DNA of 63,928 nt, filler included, from Folioceros fuciformis (lineage: Eukaryota), in NCBI GenBank assembly GCA_049999805.1. It is 11 parts of 11 records of this genome, joined end to end, with 100 filler letters (N's around TTAATTAATTAA, not from the genome) between each part and the next. Parts side by side here need not be neighbours in the genome. Positions count along the whole stretch, not along the records: positions 47,078 to 53,840 come from JBNGIO010001139.1; positions 53,941 to 58,515 come from JBNGIO010001140.1; positions 58,616 to 60,781 come from JBNGIO010001144.1; positions 60,882 to 63,928 come from JBNGIO010001147.1; 7 more parts are not named here. One strand, written 5' to 3'. Numbering within the stretch: the first letter of the stretch is position 1; each line of letters opens with the position of its first letter. The translations under genes and the position numbers were made by a program. Positions 52,125-63,928 of this stretch are shown here, piece after piece. Below the pieces are notes generated by a model, which searched no databases, was not told where the DNA came from, and was given only the letters and a program-made list of their open reading frames with translations.

Positions 52125-53351
52125 CTAGTAATTTGTAGGATCCAAAAATGACATAATTTCATTTTCCAAAATTGGCCAACTTTCATCATCGTTATCATCA
52201 CTACTCCCACCATTACTAGAACTCCAGTCATAACTAAGGTGTCCATGTAACATGTCTTTACAAGTCTCCAAATCCCATAGCCACCATATGACCACTTCTC
52301 GTATCTGATTCCTACTTCCATTGATTCTTTTGAGTAAAGATACCCATAAGACATCAGGAGGTTGTGGGTGCTCGATGACAAGACATAATCCACATATTGG
52401 ACATATTTGATCTTCATCATCCTCAAGCAAATCAAACAGACATTCAAAATGGAAAGCATGACCACATGGAACCAAGAGCCAGTAATTACATGCTAATGGA
52501 CTTTCACATAGAAAGCAAATTTGCTGTAATTCTAAAAATGAGTGGCTCTTAGATGTGATAAACTCTTGCCGAACATCATCAGCCAAATCACAAAATTTCT
52601 TTATAAGCTCATCTATCTCCTTGTCCCTCCTTTTTACAAGGAGGTGATAAGTGTGAGCCCACAATACCACTTGTTTTACCTCCCAGGAATGATCACAAAT
52701 GGGTAAAAACTCCATGTCATCTGGGTATATATATGGGCGAACGTAAAAAACATGTAACCATTTTAAAGGATCTTCAATGTGAATAGATAAACTACACTCT
52801 CTGTTAGGACAATGAATATCAGGGACTTCACTACAATCCAGCCTCAAAATGTGCTCAACAAAGCATATCACATGAAAAGCATGTCTACAAGGATCTAGTC
52901 TACACCAAAAGCCATGGACAAATGTCTGGTTGCAAAGTACACATAAGTCTTTCATTTGGTCAATTGGATTTGATAACTCATTCATAGCTATTTGTGTTTG
53001 TGCTAATGTGACTCTACTTTGCTCAACGTCGATAGTTTTCCTATGATTTTCCAGCAATTCATTCAATGCCTTGCCGACTTCTGCATTGGTGACTTCCTTT
53101 CTATTCTTTGGCTCATGAACTTGTGTAGGAGATCCATCTAAGCTCCAAACACTTCGACAAGTTGGGCATTGCTTTCTAAGAGGTGGGTCTGGATTATTCA
53201 TGTCTTCTTCTTCAATAGTGCTATAAAACCACTTTGCCACACAAGCTGCATGGATACTGTGATGACATGGATGTAAATACACCCATGGTTCATTTGCAAG
53301 CACTTCTGAACAAAGAAGACAATCGTCATTGTCCTCATCAGCAAGGTTCAT
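52125..53351 (-). CDS. Triple RING-H2 protein, intronless, 408 aa (copy C, intact)
   Basis: CLLC..PCHHSIHAAC..CPTC; CVLC..PCRHAFHVIC..CPNREC; CFLC..PCGHAFHFEC..CPIC. Confidence 0.88.
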   Translation of the reverse strand: MNLADEDNDDCLLCSEVLANEPWVYLHPCHHSIHAACVAKWFYSTIEEEDMNNPDPPLRKQCPTCRSVWSLDGSPTQVHEPKNRKEVTNAEVGKALNELLENHRKTIDVEQSRVTLAQTQIAMNELSNPIDQMKDLCVLCNQTFVHGFWCRLDPCRHAFHVICFVEHILRLDCSEVPDIHCPNRECSLSIHIEDPLKWLHVFYVRPYIYPDDMEFLPICDHSWEVKQVVLWAHTYHLLVKRRDKEIDELIKKFCDLADDVRQEFITSKSHSFLELQQICFLCESPLACNYWLLVPCGHAFHFECLFDLLEDDEDQICPICGLCLVIEHPQPPDVLWVSLLKRINGSRNQIREVVIWWLWDLETCKDMLHGHLSYDWSSSNGGSSDDNDDESWPILENEIMSFLDPTNY

Positions 53352-53988
53352 TTTTCGTCAATTTTCTTCTTAGTTCATATACTTCTTCTATACATTCAAC
53401 TATGATAAGTATCCAAAATTTTAGTATATTTACTAAGTATTAATACTTGAGAGCAAGACAAAACACAATTAGCAGCCTCCTCCTTAACCACAAGATGCTA
53501 TTCACTTGCATGTTGCTTTCTAATTATTAAGTCTTATAGTTACAAGAAATTTGAATATATTTATGAAACTCCTATAACTAAAATAAAGAAATCCCTAGAT
53601 GATTTGTTCCCTTCTCCATCACAAGATGGTGAGCACTTGCAAGTCCTATTGACGAAATTTGACATTTCAATTCAATTTTCTTTTTCTTTTTTTCATTTAA
53701 AAGAGGCTAATGCATGGGCCTCATTTAGCTTGAAGACAAAAGATTTTATTTTAAGTAATTCATCTAACCCTAAAGGATCTACCCAAAAAGATTGAATTCA
53801 AAACATTTCTACCCATACACTTATATTAGGGGATATGCACNNNNNNNNNNNNNNNNNNNNNNNNNNNNNNNNNNNNNNNNNNNNTTAATTAATTAANNNN
53901 NNNNNNNNNNNNNNNNNNNNNNNNNNNNNNNNNNNNNNNNCTCCTAGAGAGCTCATCAGTCACGGCCAGTTCATTTGACACCCATCTG

Positions 53989-54320
53989 TGGCATACCAAA
54001 GGGGACACGCCCTCTCTCTCTAGGTTTTTTTAAAGACACACGGGTTATGTGTCCGCTTTGGCGCATACGCGAGTTTGAGGGCCAAAACCAAACCGGACAT
54101 GCTTGCACTTTGCAAGCATGTCTTGCCCAAGCCGCCCGGCATCTAGCCCAAAACGGGGTGTAATGGTTGAGCCATGTCCCTTTTGGTGCTACGTCCAGTT
54201 TGGTTGGTTTAACAAAAGGGACATGAAAAATATAAGCATTAAAAGAAAATATTCATTTAAATACCCCATGGAAAACCATTAAAAAATGTATAGGTAGAAA
54301 GTGTCCCCTTTGGTATGCCA
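53989..54320. mobile_element. MITE-like element with 20-bp perfect inverted repeats
   Basis: TGGCATACCAAAGGGGACAC (53989-54008) and GTGTCCCCTTTGGTATGCCA (54301-54320). Related internal IR ATGTCCCTTTTG/CAAAAGGGACAT; ACCCAT on both flanks. Confidence 0.65.
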
Positions 54321-54666
54321 TACCCATGGCCGCCACCACAGCAGCCGGGAAGGTATGGCAAACAAAAGCCTATCTCCTCATGAAACAAGGAGGGCCTCCT
54401 ATTATTTGTTCGAGGATAAATATCAGACCACTGTACAGGAAGTTCAACTTTCTAAGGAATTTATCGCAGTTGAATACAACATCCATCCAGCTTGTCTTAG
54501 GGCACGGTAATGGAATTGACTGTGTCCGTGGCCCATTGGACAGAAACAGGATAGGATGCATCCACCTCAATGTCTCCTTCCACCACATTAGGAAGCGTGC
54601 CGGCAGCAACACGCTTTGTGGTAAAAGGAAACGCAGGCACTCGTGTTCGTCACAAAATTTGATGAG

Positions 54667-56510
54667 ATGATGGCCACATGTGGCCTGCGGCAATGGCAGC
54701 TGTGGGCACTTCTGACGGGGTTGTTTGTTCTTAGATCTGAGGCCGAGAAGGTATGCATTGTAGGTAGTGGGATTGCAGGGGCATCTACAGCCCATTTTCT
54801 GCGCGCTTTTGCTGGATCTGAAAGGGAGCTTGACATCCACATCTTTGAAAGACACAACAAGGTAGGGGGGCGAATGGCAGTGGTGGAGCTGGCCGGGGAT
54901 ACATTCGAGGCCGGGGCCTCAATTCTGCATCCGAAGAATCTGCACACTGTCAGCTTCGTGGAGTTGCTTGGTCTGAAGCGTGAATCTTCTCCAGACAGCG
55001 ATAGCTTCGGTATATGGGATGGACAGAAATTTGTCCTCAAGACACTGCAGCCTGGTGGCTCCTACATATCCAGGAAGTTTACCGAGCTATACAATACTTT
55101 GTATATTCTGTGGCGCTACGGGAGAAGCTTGTGGACGATGCAAACTTATGTTTCGGTATGGCAACAACAGCTACCTATTTCCCGCCCTTCCTATCTCCCT
55201 TGTACTTGCTTATGTTGCGTACGTCAATTTACCCTTGTGTCTGTGCAGGATATGCTGGAAAAGTGGATGCATTTTTATGATGAGGGTCGGCTAGCATATG
55301 ACACAGTTGAAGGACTCCTCAAGTCTGTAGGCTTGTATGAAAGCACGCAGGGTACTATGCTTGATGATCTTATTGAGGAAGGTCTGTCATCTCGCCTCAT
55401 TGATGAGCTTATCACGGTGAGAATCAGCCTTTCTGTTGTTCAAACACCTGATACAGGACTAGGGCTTATTGGATCCAAGCTGACAGTTGCCTTAGACTGT
55501 TGTAGATGATCGTGCGGATAAACTATGGTCAGAATGCTAGTATAAGTGGACTTGCTGGGGCAGTGTCATTGTGTGGGTCTGGCGGAGATCTCTGGGCAGT
55601 GGATGGTGGCAACTGGCAGATGGCAGAAGGCATTATCAAGCTGGCTAATGCATCTCTTCATCTCAACGAGGCAGTGGATGCTGTTTCGGCCAGTGGCAGC
55701 GGCTCGTATGTTCTCAGATTCATCTCCGGCCAGGAAAGAGAATGTGATGTGGTTGTTGTCGCGACTCCATTGGATGAAGTGCCAATAAAGTTTAGCCCGT
55801 CTCTCCAGCTCCCAGCACGGCGAATGCAGCACACATTCACAACATTTGTTCGTGGTGTTATCAATCCGGTACGGTTTCATTCTGCTTCTCATAGAGCTTG
55901 GCGCAGATCCTCATCTTCTAGGCGCTTACAGTCATCTGTCAACAGTTTCTGAACGTGTAGATTTGAGCTTTGATTGCCCCATGGCAGGGATACTTTGGCA
56001 TGGATGCTGTGTCCAGCATGCCGCTCCTCGTCGGCACTGTTGAAGAACCGACGTTGCCCTTCTCAAGCATCAACGTTCTTCGTGATTATGGTGAAAATGA
56101 CAAAGCCTACAAAGTTTTTTCTCGATCGGAGTTGACAGACAAGATCTTGGATCAACTTTTCAGGTAAGAGGTCCAGTCTCGTTTTCCTGCTTATGACCGC
56201 CTTGCCATCCAGTGATGGCATCTAAATCCTGGCTGATTACTTGTTCAGTAAACGCACGAGTACTGTGAGGATTGACTGGGCAGCTTATCCTCACTATCAA
56301 GCACCCGAGAAGTTTGCTCCCTTTCTCCTTGACGATGGTCATCTGTATTATGTGAACGCCTTCGAAAATGCTGCCAGCACTATGGAGACGAGCGCAGTTG
56401 CAGCTGAGAATGTTGTGCGACTGCTTCTCTCACGCCTGTATGGTTCCGTGCCCTCGCAAGAGAAGAGGATACACTCGGTTGTCGCCACACATGCCCATAG
56501 GGATTTGTAA
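54667..56510 (+). CDS. FCLY: Farnesylcysteine lyase / prenylcysteine oxidase, 5 exons
   Basis: Exons 54667-55155, 55249-55416, 55506-55868, 55988-56163, 56249-56510. Signal peptide, CIVGSGIAG FAD motif, FEAGASILHPKN, RINYGQ, WAAYPHY, YYVNAFENAASTMETSAVAAENV; ends HRDL. Confidence 0.95.
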
Positions 56511-56749
56511 AGCTGCAGGACTTTTTGTGCGCTATATTTCAGTTGTGATTAATGCGCGTGCCTCTAGTTTAGCGGCGCAGCTCAGTTGGGCGCGTGATCT
56601 GTTTGGATCTCTGAGTCCCTCTTATCCTGAGCTGCCTGGAGGTCAACTTTGAAGTTGAGGCCGCAGGAATTGCAGACAAGTTGCCTTGAAGCCTGTGGTC
56701 ATGGATCAGATGAGCGGAGGACCCGTCAGTCGGTGCAACTGTAGACATC

Positions 56750-58137
56750 AGTTAGTGGACACAGTGGATTGCAGTTGGAGCACAGTCTCAATGCAGGGTG
56801 ATGTCACTTCAACAAAATCCCTGATCATGTTCAACTTGTCAATGGAATCGACAAAGCAGAAGTACTGTATAGTCACCATAATCTGGTCTGGAAACTTCAG
56901 TGAATCCATATACTGCCGTTCCTTCACCAATTCTGCAGTGAGTTCCTCCATCTGATTCCGCAGATCATGGAGGTCCTTTTGTCTGGTCTCCTGCATCTGG
57001 CAACACTCAGAATCATAAAGGTGCCGAGTACGGGGGTGTCTCTAATCACAGTAGCTTCGAAGTTTCAGAGGTATTCACTAGTTTGATGGAGACCTGTAAA
57101 CTATACGCTGGCAGTTGGAGCTCACGTTGCAGTCCAGCAAGTTGGTCAATTTCCAGCTGAACCTGCAGCCCTTCGCTATGTGACTTTCGAAGTCTTTAAA
57201 GACAATATATAAAACTTCCATTCCTAACATTCGCATGCATTGTCCTGTGAATCCAGTATGAGTACCTTGTGGATCTCTTGTTCCAGAGTCCTTGAGTCGT
57301 ACCAGTTCTGCATCGAAGAGGGTCAACCGAAACTCAAGCTTTCCAGAAATGGCTCCGAGAGATGCAAAACTACCTTCAATTCTTGCTGCTTGGCGACTGC
57401 GGCCCGAATATGTCCATCATAGAACACCCTACAGACAGATGAAGCCATCGGAGACTTCCAATCTTGACCGGTGCAAGCATCTTGCTAGAAGAAGCCACAA
57501 TTTTACCACACCTTTTCCCAGCAAATGCAGAGGCCTGCTTCTGTTTGTCAAGCTCCAGAAGCTGCCAACCCTGCCAACCAGTACCTCCGTCGCATCATGA
57601 TGTTGGCCAGAGCTAAATCGACTGCACCAGATACTCTCTGCTTGCCTGTTCAAGCGTTTCGTATTCAACCTCCAGAGCCTGAATCGACTTCTGACAGCTC
57701 AAGATCTTAGCAGATAAGTTGCCTTTCTCCCTGCATAGACTGTCAAGCTCAGCAGCGCGTACATTCAGCTCCGCATCAGCTGCAAATCTCCAACGGAACA
57801 ATTCAATACACTCGCCAGCTACGCAAGATGGCCATCAACTTCATCACCAATCTTCCATCAATCTTGTACCTCGCTCCAACTCCTCCTCAGCAGCAGCGAT
57901 AGCAGCTCTGTACTTGTGCTCCTCGGCAGCAAGCTCATCCGTCCTCGATTCACGATCTGCTCTACACAACAAATACCATCATATCGTGTGCGAAGCTCCA
58001 CAGGATATCCTCCATTTAGCAAGACCGCTCTCTCTGCAGAAATGTCACGTCGCGCGATGTCAGCATTTCTACAGTTTTCAGCACGGACCGCTCATGTGCA
58101 TTCGAAGTGATCGCAGATTTTGGAGGTAGTCGTCCAT
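56750..58137 (-). CDS. Multi-exon coiled-coil protein, probable SCEP1-like synaptonemal-complex central element (3' end uncertain)
   Basis: Exons 58137-58089, 57956-57870, 57779-57646 (GC donor), 57561-57512, 57428-57374 splice in frame to MDDYLQNLRSLRMHMSD..AEEHK..KGNLSAKILSCQKSIQALEVE..LLEL..KR..QELKNWY. This resembles the angiosperm 'MEEYLQYMKTLRSQM' family, recalled from memory as SCEP1. Confidence 0.55.
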
Positions 58138-58615
58138 TTTGCCGTCCGACACAATAGAGCTTCGCCTTCCGAAACCCGGGCAGTTCCGGGAAGGACGCTC
58201 TTTAAAACCCAATGCCGTTATGGACTGCGGCGATAACCGGGAGGATGAGACTGCGGTGGTGTTGTAATCAACCCTACTGGCGCAGGCGCGCGATCTCCCT
58301 GTCATGGACGGAATTTGTGGTCTTGGTTGTCTGTGCAGTGGATCGTGTGAGCCTGCACCTCCGACAGGCCTCACCTTACCGCGCAATTCAACATCCAAGC
58401 CGGTTCTGACTTGTGGATAACCCAGGACACACCCCGCTGCGAGCAACAGGAGTCCCATACATGAGCCGGGGACTGCATAACGGTCCAGCCAGGATGGCTT
58501 GACACTGCACAGAACNNNNNNNNNNNNNNNNNNNNNNNNNNNNNNNNNNNNNNNNNNNNTTAATTAATTAANNNNNNNNNNNNNNNNNNNNNNNNNNNNN
58601 NNNNNNNNNNNNNNN

Positions 58616-60781
58616 CAACATACTCGGCCTCTGTGGTAGATAGCGTTATGCATGATTGCAAATGAGATCGCCATGAGACTGCCCCTCCTGTGCACATGAA
58701 GATGTAACCTGATGTGGACCTCCTTTTGTCCATATCCCCTGCATAATCAGCATCCGTATATCCCACGACAGATGCATCTTCACTACCAAAACATAAGCAC
58801 AAAGCTTTTGTACCATTCAAGTACCTCATAACTCCTTTCACTGCCTCCCAATGCTTCCTGCCAGGGTTTGACATAAACCTGCTAACCACTCCCACTGCAA
58901 AGGCAATGTCAGGACGTGTAGCAATCATTGCATACATCAAACTCCCTGCAGCTGATGAATATGGAACCTTCTCCATTTCAGCTTTGTCCTCCGCAGAGCT
59001 TGGGCAATCCTTGCTCGACAGTTTCACATCTGGAGGCAACGGAGTACTTAATACCTTCCCCTTCTCCATATTGAAACGTTGAAGCACCTTGTTAATGTAT
59101 TCAGTCTGAGACAAGTGCAGCAAATGTTTCTGTCTGTCGCGACGAATACGCATGCCAAGAATATGGCTTGCCTCTCCCAAGTCTGTCATGTCAAAGCGAC
59201 CATTCAACTTTGACTTCAACGTTGAAATCTCATCACTGTTAGTCCCAGCAATTAGCATATCATCGACATAGAGGACCAAAATGAGCAAGCTTCCATCCTT
59301 AGCTTGCTTCGTATAGAGGCAATGATCCTCATCGCTACGCTTGTAGCCTTGAGAAAGCATAAATGAGTGGAACTTGAAATACCACTCTCTGGGTGCCTGC
59401 TTCAAACCATAACGGCTCTTCTTTAACCTGCACACCAGATTCTCTTTGCCCTTCTCAATGAAACCCTCTGGTTGTTGCATGTATACCTCTTCCTGGAGAT
59501 CACCATGCAAAAATGCCGACTTCACATCCATCTGGACAAGTTCCATGTCGAGCCTCGCAACCAGACCAAGAACACATCGCAAGGTGGTCATTTTGACAAC
59601 CGGTGAGAAAATCTCATCAAAGTCAATACCTTGCTGTTGCTTAAAACCCTTCGCAACCAATCGTGCCTTGTACTTGGGTTTGCCATAATGGGGTATGTCC
59701 TTCATCTTATACACCCATTTGCACGGCAACTCCTTCTTGCCCTTAGGCAACCGAACCAACTCCCAAGTTTGGTTCTTGTGGAGCGAATCCATCTGCGACT
59801 GCATCGCCTTCTTCCACTTGTCCTTATGAGTCACTGACATGGTCTCTTGGTAACAAGAGGGCTCCCCACAATCCGTCAGCATGACATAATCAAGAGATGC
59901 AACATACCTGTCAGGAGGACGTGAGATCCTTCCTGACCTGCGAAGTACTGGCGCCTCGACCGGAGCTGGTTGCACTCTTTCCTCTTGTACAAGTGGAGGA
60001 ACTTGTTCCTGCACATCACGACGTTCAATCTGCGCAGGACGGTCAAGTCCATCTTCTTGGAAGACCACCCATCGCACCTCCACAGTTGGAGTAGGTTTCT
60101 TGTGCATCTTGGTCTCATTGAAGAACACGTCATTGCTGCGAACCATCCTCTTGGCTTCTGGATCCCAAAGACGGTATCCCATCTCACCAGATTCACCATA
60201 GCCAAGAAAAATACATTTCTTGGACTTGGGTGCCAACTTGTCCCGAAACTCCTTCGGAACATGGTAGTATGCCTCGCAGCCAAATACTCGTAGATGCTTG
60301 TATGACGGCTTCTTTCCAAACCACATCTCTTCTGGAACCTGTTCATCCACAGCCCTATTAGGAGATCTGTTAATAAGATGCACCGCAGTAACCACTGCTT
60401 CTGCCCAAAATCCGTTAGTCAATCCAGAGTTTGACAACAAACTACGCATCCTCTGTTGGATGGTCCTGTTCATCCGTTCGGCCACACCATTTTGGGGAGG
60501 AGTATATGGGGCAGTCAATTCTCTCCTGATTCCCTTGGAATCACAGAATGACTGGAAAGTCTTCGAAACATACTCTCCCCCATTGTCTATCCTTAGACAT
60601 TTCAGTCGCAGGCCAGACTGATTCTCCACAAGGGTGACGAACTTCTGAAACACTGTCAGAACATCATTCTTTTTCCTCAAAGGATAAACCCACACCTTGC
60701 GTGAGAAATCATCTATGAAAGTGACAAAATAGGATGCACCGCCTAACGATACAGTGGGCATAGGTCCACAAACGTCACTGT
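58616..60781 (-). mobile_element. Ty1/Copia pol (integrase-RT-start of RNase H), uninterrupted frame
   Basis: YFVTFIDDFSRK, DNGGEY, TPPQNGVAERMNRT, LRVFGC, KARLVAKG, QMDVKSAFLHG, YVDDML, YTDADYAG; integrase precedes RT. Confidence 0.98.
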
Positions 60782-60881
60782 NNNNNNNNNNNNNNNNNNN
60801 NNNNNNNNNNNNNNNNNNNNNNNNNTTAATTAATTAANNNNNNNNNNNNNNNNNNNNNNNNNNNNNNNNNNNNNNNNNNNN

Positions 60882-62077
60882 GAGCTATTCTCACGCTCTT
60901 CCTAGGGTTCTGGCAAAGCACGCTGCCCTCTACGTGCCCCTGCTGTTTGTAGTCCTGGCACAACCTATCGAAATCCCCATTGGCCTGCCTAGTTGCTGAT
61001 GGACAGCTGTTAGCATAGTGCCCAAATCCACGACAATTGTAGCACTGGACAACCCCCCCTGGTTGCCCAGCCACTCTCCCCACCTGGTTGCTGCGACCAC
61101 CCATGCCCATAGGGTTTCGCAGGATCGACGGATCGGCTGTCTGGGGGTACTGTTGACCTTTGGAAAATTCCTGGATTTGGTAGGAGTCCTCCACCGGCCA
61201 CTCCTCCTCCTCCCCATCATAGGCCAGTGTGGAGGCAAAACCCCGGGCATTGATTGCCGACAGGTTCCACCTTTAGTGGCCACACTTATCCCACTGTCGT
61301 TGAGACATTGGGTTCCGTTCCCACGAAGGAGCGATGGGGTTCCTTGCTGCTGTGGATGGAGGGTTGGACTCCATCACCTCGATGATGGATTCGAGGGCTC
61401 CCCTCCAGCTCTGATCAGGTGTAGGACATGCCTCGCTGTCCAGCGGTCAGCTGCACCTCTCTTGGTGCCCACAAACTCACTCCAGTCACTACAACGACCC
61501 TAACCTCTCAAATCTGCGACTTCCCTCACTCACTTCACTCACTCTCTCGCTCCAGCACCAACACCAGCAACTAACAACGACACCACTACCTTCTACACTT
61601 CCCTACTAACTCCTCCTACCCGGCAAGAGTCATTGGACTAACCCCAAAGAAAAGAAAGAAGGGGACACACTCCCCTCTCGGATATCTCCTCCCCACAACC
61701 TTACCAGACGCCATGAAGCATGACCGGCCTACAACACTTGTCCAAACAGGGAACAAGAGTAGACAGGTCGAGAGAAAGACACATCCTTTACAATCAAGAG
61801 CTAGGAGCAAGCCCCTTCACCCTAGTCATTACACCTTATGATCCTACCAGACACTGTACAACCGGCAACACGTGGCTTGCGATCCTACCAGATGTTGCAC
61901 CGCCGGCAACACACTGCAGGTCCTAACCCAAGCAGGGACAGACCACAAGAGCTCATGTAGAGAGTACCTCCAAGAGCTCACTGTGGAGTGGAACTTGCAC
62001 CCAAGAACCACCAAGGGCGACACTTCCCCCTTATTATCGTCGTAGTACTAGGATTCGCTCCCAAGGGAGTGAACCAG
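60882..62077 (-). mobile_element. Gypsy-type leader and gag relic with PBS-like site
   Basis: TGGTTCACTCCCTTGGGAGCG (62076-62056) lies just inside the LTR end; zinc knuckle CYNCRGFGHYANSC at ~61005-61050. Confidence 0.7.
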
Positions 62078-63126
62078 TGTCAAGGTTTTCTAGAATCTCC
62101 CCCACTCTGCCCTAATCTAATCCTATCTATCAACCGACTCCTAGACCTAACCACACTACAACAAAAAGATCAGAACCCTGTCTTCAATACCAGCTACAAC
62201 CCCAGTTGAATGAGGACTCAACATCATCTTCAGCTCCCACTCCTAGCTCCAAGTATTAGCCACCTCAGCAGCTGAGAGGAGGTTCCGGCCCTGGCCTCAA
62301 CCTCCACTCTCAGCCCTAAATGCCAGCGTCCTCAGAAGCTGATTGAGAACTTCAGCACCTAAGCTCTTCACCCTAGCACAACAGCTCTCTACTCCAGCCC
62401 TTCTTCAGCACTTCAAACCTCTACTCTAGCATTCCAACTCTTCAATCCTTCACCATCACGTTTCACTCCTAGATTTTGAAACACAGCAGCCCCTCACTTG
62501 CAGTCCTTGAGGCAGGGATGTGCAGACCCAGGCTGGGTAGCCCCCTCGGCCCACAGCCCTGCAATTCGTCACCTTGGAAACCCCTTAGGGACATCAAGGT
62601 ACCCCAACCACCCAACCAGCATGCAAGGAAGGTCAGCCCCTGTGGATCTGGCAACACAGATCTTGGCGATTTTGGGAGTCGCCACGTTCCCCTAGTGGCA
62701 TGGGGAATCAAGACCGAGGCACATCTGCACTCTAGGTGAACCTCTAACCCAGCAGCCCGCTCACAAGGTCAAGGGAGCTCTCACCAAAAAAACCTCCACC
62801 TCCATGATAGGCCTGACCTCTTATACCCCCTTGGCCAAGAACTCCTGTTACTGCCTAACCAGGTCGGCACGCATCAGACAGAACCCCCCATCCGTCAAAA
62901 CCCTAAACCTAACTCCGACCTAATCCTAACTCTAACCCTGACCTAACCTAACCTAACTCTGACTTGTGGCCTTGGTTGCTCTTATCAAAATTAATCAACA
63001 TCTCCAAACTACCAAAACTCACGAGTGCCTCTCGACACCCTTTTCCCCCTCTCTAACCCTCTCCTTTCCCTTAGGTCATCTGCAATCCTTTAGAGATTTG
63101 CCGTCTTCAGATCCTCCCCTCCATTT
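62078..63126 (-). mobile_element. Gypsy-type LTR (second copy, interrupted)
   Basis: Co-linear similarity with 20961-22050 (TGTCAAGG end, CTCCAAGTAT, CCACGTTCCCCTAGTGGCA, CCTAACCCTAAC, ACTACCAAAA). Confidence 0.75.
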
Positions 63127-63928
63127 TGTTGGCCAAGGCCCATGACCCGGCAAATCTACCCATCCAATGCCCTGCAGTTCGTATGCTGACAGCTAACCAT
63201 CAGCTAGGGCCCAGGTGAAGGAATGCTCTAGGAGCTACATGGTGAAGGAGAGGAGAGGAGGAGGCAAGGAGGAGAAGAAAGAGAGGTCACACTCTCACAA
63301 TAGAGTCTTACTAGAAAGGGAGCTCAAGGGGATATTTATACGCTCTAGAAGAGCTCCCTAAGAAGCTTCACAAGAAGCGCACATGAAGCTGCGCAAGAAG
63401 CTTCCTACAGATTAGCTTAAGCTAATCTCGACTAATGGTACTTAACTAGACACTAATCTTAGACTAAACACATTAGTCTAGGCACATTGGGCTTTAATAA
63501 CCCTACAACCGCCCTCTTAAAGGTCAATTTGCCCTCAAAGGAGAGTGGCTACCTCATGCCCATGAGTGTCCGAGCTTGTGCGAATTGCTCCGTAGAGAGC
63601 CCCTTGGTAAGAACATCTGCAGGGTTCTGACTGGTGTGAACTTTGACAAGTTGTACCCTCTTGTCTTCCAACACCTCTCGAATGAAGTGATACTTCACTT
63701 CCACATGTTTGGTCTTTGCACATAACACTGGATTCTTCGCCAATTGGATAGCACTCTGGCTATCATAATGCAACACTGGCAGCTCAACCTTGATCCCCAA
63801 ATCTCCCACTAAACGAGCAAGCCACATGGCTTCCTTGCACGCCTCGGCCTCTGTGGTAGATAGCGTTATGCACGATTGCAAACGCGATCGCCATGAAACT
63901 GCCCCTCCAGTGCACATGAAGACATAAC
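63127..63928 (-). mobile_element. Copia 3' end: RNase H, PPT and 3' LTR
   Basis: DSQSAIQLAKNP..KTKHVEVKYHFIRE..NPADVLTK, stop at 63549. PPT AAGAGGGCGG, then LTR starting TGTAG at 63507, TATAAATA at ~63333-63340, probable end CAACA at 63127. Confidence 0.88.

Overview
This is eukaryotic land-plant DNA, not a prokaryotic locus. It consists of 11 unrelated contigs joined by ten artificial 100-bp spacers (44 N + TTAATTAATTAA + 44 N). Compact ~50% GC genes with ~70-130 bp introns and a ciliary CFAP20DC gene suggest a flagellated-sperm plant with a small genome (hornwort-like; inference only). Recognisable host genes are UBL5, NAA30, a KGD4/MRPS36-like gene, a DNL zinc-ribbon gene, a METTL13-like methyltransferase, a repeat-laden U-box protein, CFAP20DC, delta-OAT, a frameshifted 11S-type cupin, RPL39, a YqgF-like gene, farnesylcysteine lyase and a probable SCEP1-like coiled-coil gene. 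Transposable-element content includes Copia pol, Gypsy LTR/gag/pol relics, LINE-ORF1-like ORFs, Harbinger and Mutator relics, two MITE-like elements and many minisatellites. Three observations stand out. (1) A decayed bacterial-type beta-class DNA amino-methyltransferase (N6-A/N4-C) ORF lies head-to-head against a PIF/Harbinger transposase relic (9.1-11.4 kb), possibly a methyltransferase-carrying DNA transposon. (2) Three intronless RING-H2 paralogues with a triple-RING architecture cluster in AT-rich DNA (47-53 kb). (3) A ~6 kb LINE-ORF1-like frame ends directly at the PPT of a Gypsy-type LTR (21-28 kb). All family assignments come from motif recognition by eye; no database search was run.
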